NCBI GenBank assembly: GCA_963422645.2
Contig: CAXXVO010000008.1
Span: forward strand, 192,001 to 256,000
DNA length: 64,000 nt
Direction: 5' to 3'
From: Alphaproteobacteria bacterium
GTDB lineage: Bacteria > Pseudomonadota > Alphaproteobacteria > UBA828
The notes under the pieces were generated by a model. The model was given only the letters and a program-made list of their open reading frames with translations, made no database searches and was not told the DNA's origin. Positions 1 to 9,643 of this stretch are shown in pieces. The translations under genes and the position numbers were made by a program. Numbering within the stretch: the first letter of the stretch is position 1; each line of letters starts with the position of its first letter.

Positions 1-610
1 CGCTGCGGGCGAGCCCAGCCTCGGCCGGCAGAAGATAGCTGTAGGGATCCGCGATCCAATCGACCACGAAGGCCCCCGCGTCGCGGGGATTGGTCGGTCC
101 CAGCAGCGGCAGCATGAGGAAGGGCTCGTCGCCAACGCCCCATTCCGCGAGAGTCTGCCCAAAATCCTCGGGCGCTCGCTCGTATCCCCAGTCAGAGGCC
201 ACATCGAAGATGCCGCCGACACCCATGGTGGTGTTGATCGTGAAGCGCATGAGCGTCGAGCCTGCCCGTTCGAACTTGCCCTGGGCCGCGTTGTTCACCA
301 GGTTGAGCGGCTCACCAAGATTGCCCAGAACATTGGCAATTCTGTGGCGAACCTCGTTCGGAAAAACGAACACGTAGAACTCGGCCACCGGCTTCAGCAG
401 GAAACGGTCGATCGTCTGGTTGACGTCGAACATCACCCGGTTGAAGTCCTCGAGAGGATCGTTCTCGCCGTAAGGATCCTGGGCGCGGCCATCGGTGGCG
501 ACGAAGAGGAGCGCACCGGCGAGCAGCAGGATCGCCAGAAGGCGCTGCGGGGCGGCCAGGAGGCCGGTGGCGCGGGGCGGAGCGGGCTGTCGCGGAAGGC
601 TCTCGCTCAT
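1..610 (-). CDS. mlaA: MlaA/VacJ family protein (3' end outside window)
   Basis: Manual translation from ATG 610 gives DPLEDFNRVMF...NLGEP...RFTINTTMGVGGIFDVA...EDFGQTL..WGVG.EPFLMLPLLGP..PRD, the VacJ signature. Absent from the ORF track because it runs off the edge. Confidence 0.9.
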   Translation of the reverse strand, partial: MSESLPRQPAPPRATGLLAAPQRLLAILLLAGALLFVATDGRAQDPYGENDPLEDFNRVMFDVNQTIDRFLLKPVAEFYVFVFPNEVRHRIANVLGNLGEPLNLVNNAAQGKFERAGSTLMRFTINTTMGVGGIFDVASDWGYERAPEDFGQTLAEWGVGDEPFLMLPLLGPTNPRDAGAFVVDWIADPYSYLLPAEAGLARS

Positions 611-618
611 GCCAAGTG

Positions 619-2646
619 TCAGTTGTCCTCCTTCGCGGCGGCGAGCACATCGTCGGCGAGACGCCCGGTGAGCTCCTGAAGACGGTCGAACTGGGATTCG
701 AAGATGCCGACGCCGAGGGTGAGCGAGCGAAGCTCGATGATCAGGTCGTGCATCTCCGCTTGCGGCATTTGGCTCGTGAGTTCGTCCCAGCCGGACCAGT
801 CCTCGCGCGCCTGGTAGCCCAGCACCTGACCGCGCCGTCCGGTCACCAGGCGCTGGACGTTTGGCGTGAACTCGCTCGGCACCGATATCCTGACCTCGCA
901 GATGGGCTCCAGCAGCACCGGGTTGCACTTGGGCAGCGCTTCGGCCATCGCCATGCGGCCGGCGGTCTTGAAGGCCATCTCCGAGCTATCGACGGAATGG
1001 TGCTTGCCGTCGGTGAGCGTCACCGAGACGTCGACGACCGGGAAGCCGAGCGGCCCGCTGGTCAGATAGTCGCGCACGCCGGCCTCCACCGCAGGGATGT
1101 ACTGGCGCGGCACAGCGCCGCCCACGACCTTATTCTGAAACTCGAAGCCGGTGCCGCGCGGGAGCGGCTTCACATCGATATGCACGTCGCCGAACTGGCC
1201 GTGACCACCGGTCTGCTTCTTGTAGCGCGCGCGCTGGGAGACCGGCTTACGGATCGCCTCCTTATAGGCAACACTCGGTCTGTAGGTCTGCATGGTGAGC
1301 CCGTATTTGCCGGCCAACCGGTCGAGCGCGACCTTCAGATGCATCTCGCCCTGGCCCCAGAGCACCGCCTCCTGGGTGTCGGGATTGGGCTGGAAGCTCA
1401 GCGAGGGGTCCTCCATGGCGAGGCGGCTCATTGCGCCCGACACCTTGACTTCGTCCTCGCGCCGGCTCGCCCGTACCGAGAAGGCATAAACCGAGGAGGG
1501 CAGCTCGGCGCGAGGCAGGTGCTCGACCTCGGGCCCGTCGGCGGGAGCGATCGTATCCCCGGTGACGATGGAGTCGAGTCGCCCGAGGCCGACGATATCG
1601 CCAGCGTGCGCCTTGTCGATCTTGCCCTGCTGTTGACCCCGCATCCGGTACATCCCGCCAATGCGCTGGCCGTCGTTGAGCGTCGTGCCGTCTTCGATGG
1701 TCCCCGCCCAGATCCGCGCGAGCGAAACCTTGCCGCCGTGCTGGGTCATGTAGGTCTTGATGACCTGGCCGACCGTTGCGCCGTCGGCACCGGCCGGCAG
1801 CCGCCGCGCCGCAAGCGCGTCGCCGGGCGCAAAGTCGATCAGCGTTTCCAGCAGGCGACGCACGCCCCAATCCCGCTCCGCCGATCCCATCGTCACCGGC
1901 ACCACGCCCGCATCGGCCAGCACGCCGCGCAGGTAGGCCTGAATCTCTTCGGGCTTGGGAATCTCGTCCTCGAGCAGGCTTTCCAAGAGCGTATCGTCGA
2001 AGTCCGCCAGGCTCTCGAGAAGCTGCGTGCGCGCGTCCTCCCGGCGCTCCGAAACCGTTTCCGGCGCGTCGACGCCAACGGCACCTTCCTGATCGCGATA
2101 CTCGTAGGCCTTGCCGCTGATCAGATCGACATAGCCCGTGACGCTGTCGCCATCGCGGATCGCGACCTGGCAAGGCACCAGCGGCCGGTCACTGACCGGC
2201 TCCATCGCCTCGATCAGCTCGGCGACCCGCACCGCAGTCTCGTCCATCCGGTTGGCGAACAGAACGTGCGGGATCTGGTGCTGGGCCAGGAACTTGAGCA
2301 GCCGCCCCATGGTCCAGACCCGGTTCAGATCGGGCGTGCAGACGATGACGGCGAGATCGACGCCCATGAGCGCATTGGCGGTCTCGGCGAAGAACTCGAT
2401 CGAGCCCGGACAGTCCAGGATCGTGAAGCGGCGGTCCCGGAACTCGAACGAGGCGGCATTGACCTCCACGCTCGACTGGCGCGCGCGGGCCTCGTCGGAC
2501 CAGTCGCCTACCGTGTTGCCTTCCGTGACCTTGCCCTTGCGGCCGATTGCCCCGGCCACGAACAACATGCTTTCCAGAAGCGTGGTCTTGCCGCTCGTAT
2601 AGGGGCCGACAAGCGCAACGTTCAGCGCCCCGGTCGAATCGCTCAT
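619..2646 (-). CDS. Elongation factor G paralogue (EF-G2-like)
   Basis: GPYTSGKTT, DCPG, NRMD; EF-G domain III-V motifs GQGEMHL, KKQTGGHGQFG, DSSEMAF, LLEPI. Start placed at ATG 2646 with GGGAG RBS. Confidence 0.9.
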   Translation of the reverse strand: MSDSTGALNVALVGPYTSGKTTLLESMLFVAGAIGRKGKVTEGNTVGDWSDEARARQSSVEVNAASFEFRDRRFTILDCPGSIEFFAETANALMGVDLAVIVCTPDLNRVWTMGRLLKFLAQHQIPHVLFANRMDETAVRVAELIEAMEPVSDRPLVPCQVAIRDGDSVTGYVDLISGKAYEYRDQEGAVGVDAPETVSERREDARTQLLESLADFDDTLLESLLEDEIPKPEEIQAYLRGVLADAGVVPVTMGSAERDWGVRRLLETLIDFAPGDALAARRLPAGADGATVGQVIKTYMTQHGGKVSLARIWAGTIEDGTTLNDGQRIGGMYRMRGQQQGKIDKAHAGDIVGLGRLDSIVTGDTIAPADGPEVEHLPRAELPSSVYAFSVRASRREDEVKVSGAMSRLAMEDPSLSFQPNPDTQEAVLWGQGEMHLKVALDRLAGKYGLTMQTYRPSVAYKEAIRKPVSQRARYKKQTGGHGQFGDVHIDVKPLPRGTGFEFQNKVVGGAVPRQYIPAVEAGVRDYLTSGPLGFPVVDVSVTLTDGKHHSVDSSEMAFKTAGRMAMAEALPKCNPVLLEPICEVRISVPSEFTPNVQRLVTGRRGQVLGYQAREDWSGWDELTSQMPQAEMHDLIIELRSLTLGVGIFESQFDRLQELTGRLADDVLAAAKEDN

Positions 2647-2848
2647 GCTATCTCCCTTTACCCAGAACCGCGCCGGCGGGCTTCGTCCCGCGGTCGCGGG
2701 GCCGGCATGTTTCCAGTGCCCCGGCCGGAATGCAACCGCGATTAGCAATCGTCCGTCGACGGGGCCTCCTAGTTGAGGCGCCCAGTCTGGCGTGGGTGCG
2801 GTGGGGCCGGTATGGTGACCAGGGTCAGGCTGCGAGGGCGGGCTTCGG

Positions 2849-3592
2849 TTGAGTATCTGGGGCAAGATCATCGGCGGCGCCGCGGGGTTCGCGCTGGGTG
2901 GCCCCATCGGCGCAATTCTGGGCGTGGCCGCCGGCCACTTCGTGGACCGCATGGCGACCGGCCGCCGCGTCCGGCGTATCGGCGCGGGCGATCAGGAGAC
3001 CAAGCAGGCCGCGGTCTCGGTCGCGTTGGTGGTGCTCGCCGCCAAGATGGCGAAGGCCGACGGCCACGTCACCCGCGAGGAAATTGACGCGTTCAAGCGG
3101 GTCTTCGCCGTCCCCGATGCCCATGCCGCCGCCATCGGGCGGATCTGGGACGAGGCGCGGCGCGAGGCGACCGGCTTCGAGCCCTATGCCGAGCAGATCG
3201 TGCAGATCTTCCCGCACGACACCACCATGCGGGAGGAGCTGCTCGGCGCACTCTTCCAGATCGCCATGGCCGACGGCGAGCTGCATGAGGGGGAGCGCGC
3301 CTTTCTTTCCCGCGTTGCTGAGATCTTCGGCTTCGATGAGCGCGGCTTCGCGCAGATCATGTCGCGCCACATGGGCGGCGGCGAGACCGACCCCTACCAG
3401 GTGCTCGGAATCGAGCCCAGCGCCTCGGACGACGAGATCAAGCAGACCTACCGCCAGCTGATCCGCGAGCATCATCCCGACAAGCTCATCGCCGAAGGCA
3501 TGCCGGAGGAGATGGTCCAGGTCGCCAACGAGCAGATGGCTGCGATCAACGCGGCCTACGACAGGGTCGCCAAGCTTCGCGGGCTGCGCTGA
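2849..3592 (+). CDS. djlA: DjlA-type co-chaperone (TerB-like + J domain)
   Basis: N-terminal WGKIIG..GGPIGA anchor, AKMAKADG, C-terminal J domain DPYQVLG...HPDK. Confidence 0.85.
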   Translation: MSIWGKIIGGAAGFALGGPIGAILGVAAGHFVDRMATGRRVRRIGAGDQETKQAAVSVALVVLAAKMAKADGHVTREEIDAFKRVFAVPDAHAAAIGRIWDEARREATGFEPYAEQIVQIFPHDTTMREELLGALFQIAMADGELHEGERAFLSRVAEIFGFDERGFAQIMSRHMGGGETDPYQVLGIEPSASDDEIKQTYRQLIREHHPDKLIAEGMPEEMVQVANEQMAAINAAYDRVAKLRGLR

Positions 3593-3650
3593 CCGCACGC
3601 TAAGCGCGCCCGCGCCGCCGCTACTTCCGCTCCTACCGCGTTCCCCCGTC

Positions 3651-4523
3651 ATGCAGCCGAGTCACATTGCGATCGCGGTCGGCACGGCCCTGCTCTGGGG
3701 CTTCGGCTTCGTGACCAGCAAGTACGGCGCGGACCACATGCCGCCGCTGTTCTTCCTGGCGCTGCGCTTTGCGCTGATGACGCTGATGCTGGTCTGGTTC
3801 GTGCGCCCGCCCCGCGGCCGCTGGCTCGCCGTGAGCTCCTTCGCTCTGACCATGGGCGTCGGCCATTTCGGCCTGTTCTACATCGCGCTCAACATCGGCG
3901 TGGAGGCTTCGACCGCGGCGATCATCTGGATCACGCAGGTGCCGCTCAGCGCCGTGCTGGCGGGGCTGGTCCTGCGCGAGCGGCCCGGCTGGGCGGCGAT
4001 CGTTGGCATTGCCATCGCCCTCGGCGGCGCCGTCGTGCTGGTTGGCGAGCCACGTCATACCGGCAACGCGCTGGGGATCGGACTGATGTTCGGCTCCAGC
4101 ATCGCGTGGGCCATCGCCAGCGTGCAGGTCAAGCGCCTCACGGATATCTCTCCGCTGGCGCTGAACGGCTGGATGTCGGCGATCTCCGCCCTGTTCCTGT
4201 TCCCGCTTTCCTTCGCCCTGGAGGAGGGGCAGCTCGCGAGCCTGCTGCAGCCCGACTGGCGGCTGCACGGCTCGCTCATCTATCAGGTCGTGGGCTCGAC
4301 CCTGCTCGCCTATTGGGCCTGGTACCATCTGCTCGCGCACAACAAGGTGGCGACGGTCGCGGGCTTCATGCTGCTGGTGCCGATGCTGGGCGTGATCTTC
4401 GGCGTCTTCCTACTGGGCGAGCCGATCACCTGGCAGTCTCTCGTGGGCGGCGTCATCATCGTCTCCGGCGTCGCCCTCATCGTGCTCAAGCGCTCGGAAG
4501 AGACCGCAGTGAAGACGAGATGA
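3651..4523 (+). CDS. EamA/DMT family transporter
   Basis: About 10 hydrophobic segments; LWG, ALRF, LRER, LLGEPIT motifs. Confidence 0.85.
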   Translation: MQPSHIAIAVGTALLWGFGFVTSKYGADHMPPLFFLALRFALMTLMLVWFVRPPRGRWLAVSSFALTMGVGHFGLFYIALNIGVEASTAAIIWITQVPLSAVLAGLVLRERPGWAAIVGIAIALGGAVVLVGEPRHTGNALGIGLMFGSSIAWAIASVQVKRLTDISPLALNGWMSAISALFLFPLSFALEEGQLASLLQPDWRLHGSLIYQVVGSTLLAYWAWYHLLAHNKVATVAGFMLLVPMLGVIFGVFLLGEPITWQSLVGGVIIVSGVALIVLKRSEETAVKTR

Positions 4524-4568
4524 CGTCCCGGCTGGGATAGGCGGCGGCAGGACAGTTCGGAGCGGAGC

Positions 4569-5345
4569 GTGAGCCAAGAGACCGTTGCCGGGCGCGGGGT
4601 GATTGACAGGGCTTCGCCCAACTGGGACGAGCGGCCTGGAGATGCCGGCCCGGTCGATACCCTGGTCCTGCACTACACCGGCATGGTCTCGGCCGAGGCC
4701 GCGCTCGCACGGATGACGGATCCTGCGGCCAAGGTCAGCGCGCACTGGTGCATCGGGGAGGATGGCACCCTCTGGCGGCTGGTGTCCGAGGAGCGCCGCG
4801 CCTGGCACGCCGGGGTGAGCGAATGGCGCGGCCGGCGCTCGCTGAACGACCGTTCCGTCGGGATCGAGCTGGTCAATCCAGGCCACGAGCACGGCTACCG
4901 CCCGTTCCCTCCCGCGCAAATGGATGCACTGGTCGACCTCGCCCGCGCCATCGTCGCGCGCCTCCCCATCGAGCCCCGCAACGTGGTGGCGCATTCCGAC
5001 ATCGCGCCGGCGCGCCGGAAGGACCCCGGCGAGCTTTTCGACTGGGCGCGTCTCGCCCAGGCAGGCATCGGCCTCTGGCCCGAGGTGGGGAAGGGGAGAG
5101 CACAGGACCGCCCGCCGCTCCACCAGGTCGACAGCGGTGCTGCCGTGCGACGGCAACAGGAACGTCTGTGCACAGTCGGTTACGGCATTGTGACCGATGG
5201 CGACTTTGGCGCGGCCACCGCGGCAGTTGTGCGTGCCTTCCAGCGGCACTTCCGCCAGACCCGCGTCGACGGCGTGATCGATGACGGCACAGCGGAAGTT
5301 CTGGAGCGAGTGAGCGCGCTCCTGGCGGGCGGCGCCCAGGCTTGA
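4569..5345 (+). CDS. N-acetylmuramoyl-L-alanine amidase (AmpD/AmiD-like) with PG-binding domain
   Basis: VLHYT, VSAHW, AWHAG.S.W, SVGIEL, HSDIAP.RK.DPG; C-terminal AFQRHFR. Confidence 0.9.
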   Translation: MSQETVAGRGVIDRASPNWDERPGDAGPVDTLVLHYTGMVSAEAALARMTDPAAKVSAHWCIGEDGTLWRLVSEERRAWHAGVSEWRGRRSLNDRSVGIELVNPGHEHGYRPFPPAQMDALVDLARAIVARLPIEPRNVVAHSDIAPARRKDPGELFDWARLAQAGIGLWPEVGKGRAQDRPPLHQVDSGAAVRRQQERLCTVGYGIVTDGDFGAATAAVVRAFQRHFRQTRVDGVIDDGTAEVLERVSALLAGGAQA

Positions 5346-5370
5346 CCGGGTCCGTGCGCTTGCGTAGTCA
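5342..5370 (+). promoter_or_regulatory. Putative sigma70 promoter of rnpB
   Basis: TTGACC-N17-TAGTCA ending 6 nt before the RNase P P1 helix. Confidence 0.55.
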
Positions 5371-5376
5371 GGGCGG

Positions 5377-5781
<405 letters not shown>

Positions 5782-5888
5782 ATTTCTCCCGCCGCCACCC
5801 TCAATATGTTGCGGAGCGAGAGCCCCTCCACCCAATATATTCCGCTATTGAGGCTTGTCTTGGCAGCAAAGCCCAGTAACCGATAATA

Positions 5889-5903
5889 GAACATAAAGAG
5901 AAC
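5889..5903. promoter_or_regulatory. Alphaproteobacterial LexA (SOS) box
   Basis: GAAC-ataaaga-GAAC, a perfect GAAC-N7-GAAC with AT-rich spacer in an intergenic region. Confidence 0.65.
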
Positions 5904-6050
5904 ATATAGTTGATCTCCGCCGAGACTTGAGCCCTCTCCCCGGTAACTGGCGCTCTAGTTTTTCCTCGCCGGTCTTCATCCGTCGTCAGGTCAGAGTGGT
6001 CGGGCCGCTGCTTTTGCGTGTCCACCTGAACACTTGAATTTTTGTCTTGC

Positions 6051-6095
6051 AACCATATTTTCCCATAGAGTACCATGCTGTCCCATGGCATCCCG
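6051..6095. promoter_or_regulatory. MraZ-binding direct repeat array
   Basis: Five units at 10-bp period (AACCAT, TCCCAT, TACCAT, TCCCAT, TCCC; TGGGA-like on the minus strand) upstream of mraZ. Confidence 0.7.
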
Positions 6096-6160
6096 GATCA
6101 GAGCGGGAACAGGTTAGGGCGAAGGCACGACGAACGGGACGCGACCCAAGGAGCAACGCG

Positions 6161-6598
6161 GTGGCTCTCTTTACTTACACGTTCGTCAACAAGGTGGATC
6201 GGAAGGGACGGGTCTCCGTCCCCGCCTCCTTCCGCAACGAGCTCGCTCGGCAATCCTTCAACGGGGTTGCGGTCTACCCCTCGATCGATGGCAGCAAGTC
6301 CCTGACCGGTTGCGAGGAAGAAGTCCTCAGGCAGTGGAGCGACAACTACCGGGCGGACGATCCCTTCGACACCCTTTCCACCAAGAAGCGAATGAGGCTC
6401 TTCTCTTCCGTCCAGCGTCTCCCCCTGGACGCCGACGGTCGGGTGCTGCTGCCGGCCGAGCTGCTTGCCCATGCGGGGATCACCACCCATGCCGCATTCG
6501 TCGGCATGGGCCACGAGTTCCAGATCTGGGACCCCGCGACCTTCGAGGCAGCCGGGGACGCGGAGGAGCAATCCGCCGAGCCGGGGGGCGATCAATGA
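6161..6598 (+). CDS. mraZ: Transcriptional regulator MraZ
   Basis: VDRKGRVSVPA, LDADGRVLLP, FQIW; GTG 6161 after AAGGAG. Confidence 0.93.
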   Translation: MALFTYTFVNKVDRKGRVSVPASFRNELARQSFNGVAVYPSIDGSKSLTGCEEEVLRQWSDNYRADDPFDTLSTKKRMRLFSSVQRLPLDADGRVLLPAELLAHAGITTHAAFVGMGHEFQIWDPATFEAAGDAEEQSAEPGGDQ

Positions 6599-7593
6599 GC
6601 GTTTCGCCGGAAAGCGAGCGGCGGACCATCTCGCCCGGGCACGTCCCGGTCATGACGGAGACGATGCTCTCGCTCATCGCGCCCAAGGACGGCGGCGTCT
6701 ATGTCGACGGCACCTTCGGCGGCGGCGGCTACAGCCGGGCCCTGCTGGAGGCGGCCTCCTGCACGGTCTACGGGATCGACCGCGACGCCGACGCGCTCAG
6801 CGCAGGCCAAGCGCTTTCGGTGCGCTTCGACGGCAGGCTGATCCTGCTCCATGGCCGCTTCTCCGAGATGGCAACCCTGCTCGCGCCCCATCAGGTGAGC
6901 GCCGTGGATGGCATCGCCCTCGATCTCGGCTTCTCCTCGCTTCAGCTCGACGACGGCGCGCGGGGCTTCTCGTTCCGGCTCGACGGGCCGCTCGATATGA
7001 AGATGGATCAGAGCGATCCGGGGCCGACGGCGGCCGACCTGGTCAACAATGAGTCTGAGGCCGAACTGGCTGCCATCATCGCGGGCTTCGGCGAGGAGCG
7101 TCGGGCGCGCGCGATTGCGCGGGCCATCGTCGCGGCCCGTGCGGACGGCCCGATCACCGGCACCGGCCAGCTTGCCGAGATCGTCCGGGGCACGGTGGCG
7201 CGGCGGTCGCAGGCCGGAATCGATCCGGCAACTCGCACCTTTCAGGCTCTCCGCCTCCGCGTGAACAACGAAATTTACGAGATCGAGCGGGGGCTCCGCC
7301 AGATCGAGCGGCTCCTGCGGCCCGGCGGCCGCGCCATCGTGGTGTCCTTCCACTCTCTGGAGGACCGGCCCGTGAAGCGCTTCTTCCGCGAGCGCAGCGG
7401 GGGGCGGCAGCCCAATCGCCATGAGCCGCCCGCTGCCAAGAAATCGCCCGATCCGACCTTCAGGCTGCTGACCCGCCGGGCGCGCAAGCCGGAAGGCGCG
7501 GAGGTCTCGGCAAACCCGCGTGCGCGCTCGGCACGGCTGCGGGCGGCCGAGCGCACCGGCGCACCGCCGTGGCACGAGAGGCTCGTCGCATGA
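6595..7593 (+). CDS. rsmH: 16S rRNA m4C1402 methyltransferase
   Basis: HVPVM, DGTFGGGGY, DLGFSS.QLD..RGFSF, SFHSLEDR, NPRARSA; ATGA overlap with mraZ. Confidence 0.96.
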   Translation: MSVSPESERRTISPGHVPVMTETMLSLIAPKDGGVYVDGTFGGGGYSRALLEAASCTVYGIDRDADALSAGQALSVRFDGRLILLHGRFSEMATLLAPHQVSAVDGIALDLGFSSLQLDDGARGFSFRLDGPLDMKMDQSDPGPTAADLVNNESEAELAAIIAGFGEERRARAIARAIVAARADGPITGTGQLAEIVRGTVARRSQAGIDPATRTFQALRLRVNNEIYEIERGLRQIERLLRPGGRAIVVSFHSLEDRPVKRFFRERSGGRQPNRHEPPAAKKSPDPTFRLLTRRARKPEGAEVSANPRARSARLRAAERTGAPPWHERLVA

Positions 7594-7907
7594 TGCGGCA
7601 CCTGGTCCTCATATCGATCGCAGCGTTCGTCGCCGCGATGCTCGCGCTCTTTCTCGTGAAGCACGAGGTGAGGGGGCTCGAACGCGAGCTCACCGCGCTC
7701 GAGCTCGACCGCAAGCGCCATGTCGAGGCGATCCGGGTGCTCCGCTCCGAGTGGAGCTACCTGACCCGCCCGTCTCGGCTCGCAGCTTTGGCCGAGCGCA
7801 ACCTCTCGCTTGAGCAGGTGCAGGCCGCTCAGGTGCGCTGGCTGCCCGGTCGGCCCGCCGGGCCCTCCGCCCTGGTGCTGCCGATCGGCGGGGAGCTCGA
7901 GCAGTGA
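7590..7907 (+). CDS. ftsL: Cell division protein FtsL
   Basis: Single TM plus coiled coil, LRSEWSYLTRPSRL; position between rsmH and ftsI. Confidence 0.85.
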   Translation: MMRHLVLISIAAFVAAMLALFLVKHEVRGLERELTALELDRKRHVEAIRVLRSEWSYLTRPSRLAALAERNLSLEQVQAAQVRWLPGRPAGPSALVLPIGGELEQ

Positions 7908-9643
7908 GAGACCTGGCCATAGGGCGCTGGTGGCGCCGCGATCGGGCGCAGGCTGCGGGTACCGCTTCCGAGCCGGCGCCTTCCACGCGTCTGGAGCGTG
8001 CGCGAATCCGCCTGCTGGCTACCGGCATGATCCTTGCTGTCTGTTTCGGCGCTGTGGTGTTGCGCACCCTTGACGTGGCGGTGATCGGCGCTCCTGCCGG
8101 CATCGGCGCCGCCGGCAGCGTCACCGTCCTCGAGCCTGCCGCGCGGGCCGACATCGTGGACCGCAATGGCGTGCTCCTCGCCTCCAACCTGCCCACCCAT
8201 ACGCTCTACGTCGAGCCGGACAAGATCTTCGATCGCGCGGAAGCGGTCGCCGCGCTGGGACGCGTGTTCCCCGATCTCGACCTGGAGCGCGCGGCCGCCC
8301 TCATCGCGTCTGGCAAAAAGACCGCCCTGCTGCGACACAACCTCACGCCGGAGCAGGCCGACGCCATCAACCGGCTCGGCATCCCCGGCCTGTGGCTTGA
8401 GCGCCAGGAGCAGCGCTTCTATCCGCAAGGTCGTCTCTTCGCCCACGCGATCGGGTTCACGGACGTGGACAACCGCGGGCTCGCCGGCGTGGAGAAGGCG
8501 GCCGACGACGAGCTGCGCCGGCGCGCCCGGGACCGCAGCGGACCGCTCGCGCTCTCCCTCGATATCCGGGTGCAGCACGTTCTCGCCCAGGCGCTTCAGG
8601 ACACCATGACCGTCCATCAGGCGCTCGGCGCCGCCGGCATGGTGATGGATGTGGAGACCGGCGAGCTGCTGGCCCTGGTCAGCCTGCCCTCGTTCAATCC
8701 CAAGGCGCCGGATCGCAGCGCGTCGGAAGCTCGCTTCAACCGCGCCACGCTCGGCACCTACGAGCTCGGCTCCACCTTCAAGCCCTTCACCGTGGCCATG
8801 TCCCTCGACCTCGGCATCGCCGGCATCGAGGACAGCTACGACGCCACCGAGCCGATCAGGGTCTCGCGCTATCTGATCCGCGACCACCATCCCGAGAACC
8901 GCTGGCTCACGGTGCCGGAGATCCTCATCCATTCCTCCAACATCGGCGCGGCGCGGATGGCGATGGAGGTAGGCGCGGAGCGTCAGCGGGCCTTCCTCGA
9001 CTCGCTCGGCATGTTCGAGCGGATGCCGCTTGAGACGTCCGAGCGCGGCCGGCCCCTCGCGCCCCGGCGCTGGTCCAAGCACACCACGATGACGGTGAGC
9101 TACGGTCACGGGCTCGCGGTGACGCCGCTGCACGTGATCGCGAACTACGCCGCGCTGGTGAACGGCGGCGTCACGGTGACGCCCACGCTTCTGAAGCGCG
9201 AGCCTGACGAGCCGCTGGTGCAGCGGCGGGTCATCAGCGCCGAGACCTCCGCCGTCATGCGGATGCTGCTCTACGCTGTGGTGGCCGAGGGCACCGGCAA
9301 GAACGCGGCGGTTCCCGGCTATCTGGTGGGCGGCAAGACCGGCACCGCCGAGAAGGCCATCGGCGGCAAGTACAAGCACGACGGCATGATCACCAACTTC
9401 GTCGGCGTCTTCCCCATCGACCGGCCCCGCTACGCGGTGCTGACGATGATGGACGAGCCCAAGGGGACCAAGGAGACCTTCGGCTTCGCGACGGCGGGCT
9501 GGACCGCAGCGCCGGTAGCCGGCGCGGTGATCGAACGCATTGCGCCACTTCTCGGCGTGCCGGCCATCATTGAGCCCGATGAGACCGAAGGGGAGCCCGC
9601 GTTCGCCCGTTGGGACGGCGGAGAACGTCATGCGTCTTTCTAG
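7904..9643 (+). CDS. ftsI: PBP3 transpeptidase FtsI
   Basis: RADIVDRNG, STFK, SSN, KTGT motifs. Confidence 0.95.
   Translation: MRDLAIGRWWRRDRAQAAGTASEPAPSTRLERARIRLLATGMILAVCFGAVVLRTLDVAVIGAPAGIGAAGSVTVLEPAARADIVDRNGVLLASNLPTHTLYVEPDKIFDRAEAVAALGRVFPDLDLERAAALIASGKKTALLRHNLTPEQADAINRLGIPGLWLERQEQRFYPQGRLFAHAIGFTDVDNRGLAGVEKAADDELRRRARDRSGPLALSLDIRVQHVLAQALQDTMTVHQALGAAGMVMDVETGELLALVSLPSFNPKAPDRSASEARFNRATLGTYELGSTFKPFTVAMSLDLGIAGIEDSYDATEPIRVSRYLIRDHHPENRWLTVPEILIHSSNIGAARMAMEVGAERQRAFLDSLGMFERMPLETSERGRPLAPRRWSKHTTMTVSYGHGLAVTPLHVIANYAALVNGGVTVTPTLLKREPDEPLVQRRVISAETSAVMRMLLYAVVAEGTGKNAAVPGYLVGGKTGTAEKAIGGKYKHDGMITNFVGVFPIDRPRYAVLTMMDEPKGTKETFGFATAGWTAAPVAGAVIERIAPLLGVPAIIEPDETEGEPAFARWDGGERHASF

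Noticed and set aside
616-2745. Long antisense and alternative-frame ORFs (709 aa here; also 7829-9631, 16996-18615, 44506-46059, 47358-49736)
   Set aside because: Shadow ORFs of real genes, expected in high-GC DNA; no motifs.
5801-6091. 96-aa minus-strand ORF as an SOS-induced division inhibitor
   Set aside because: It runs across the MraZ repeats and the LexA box, with no clear RBS or recognisable features.
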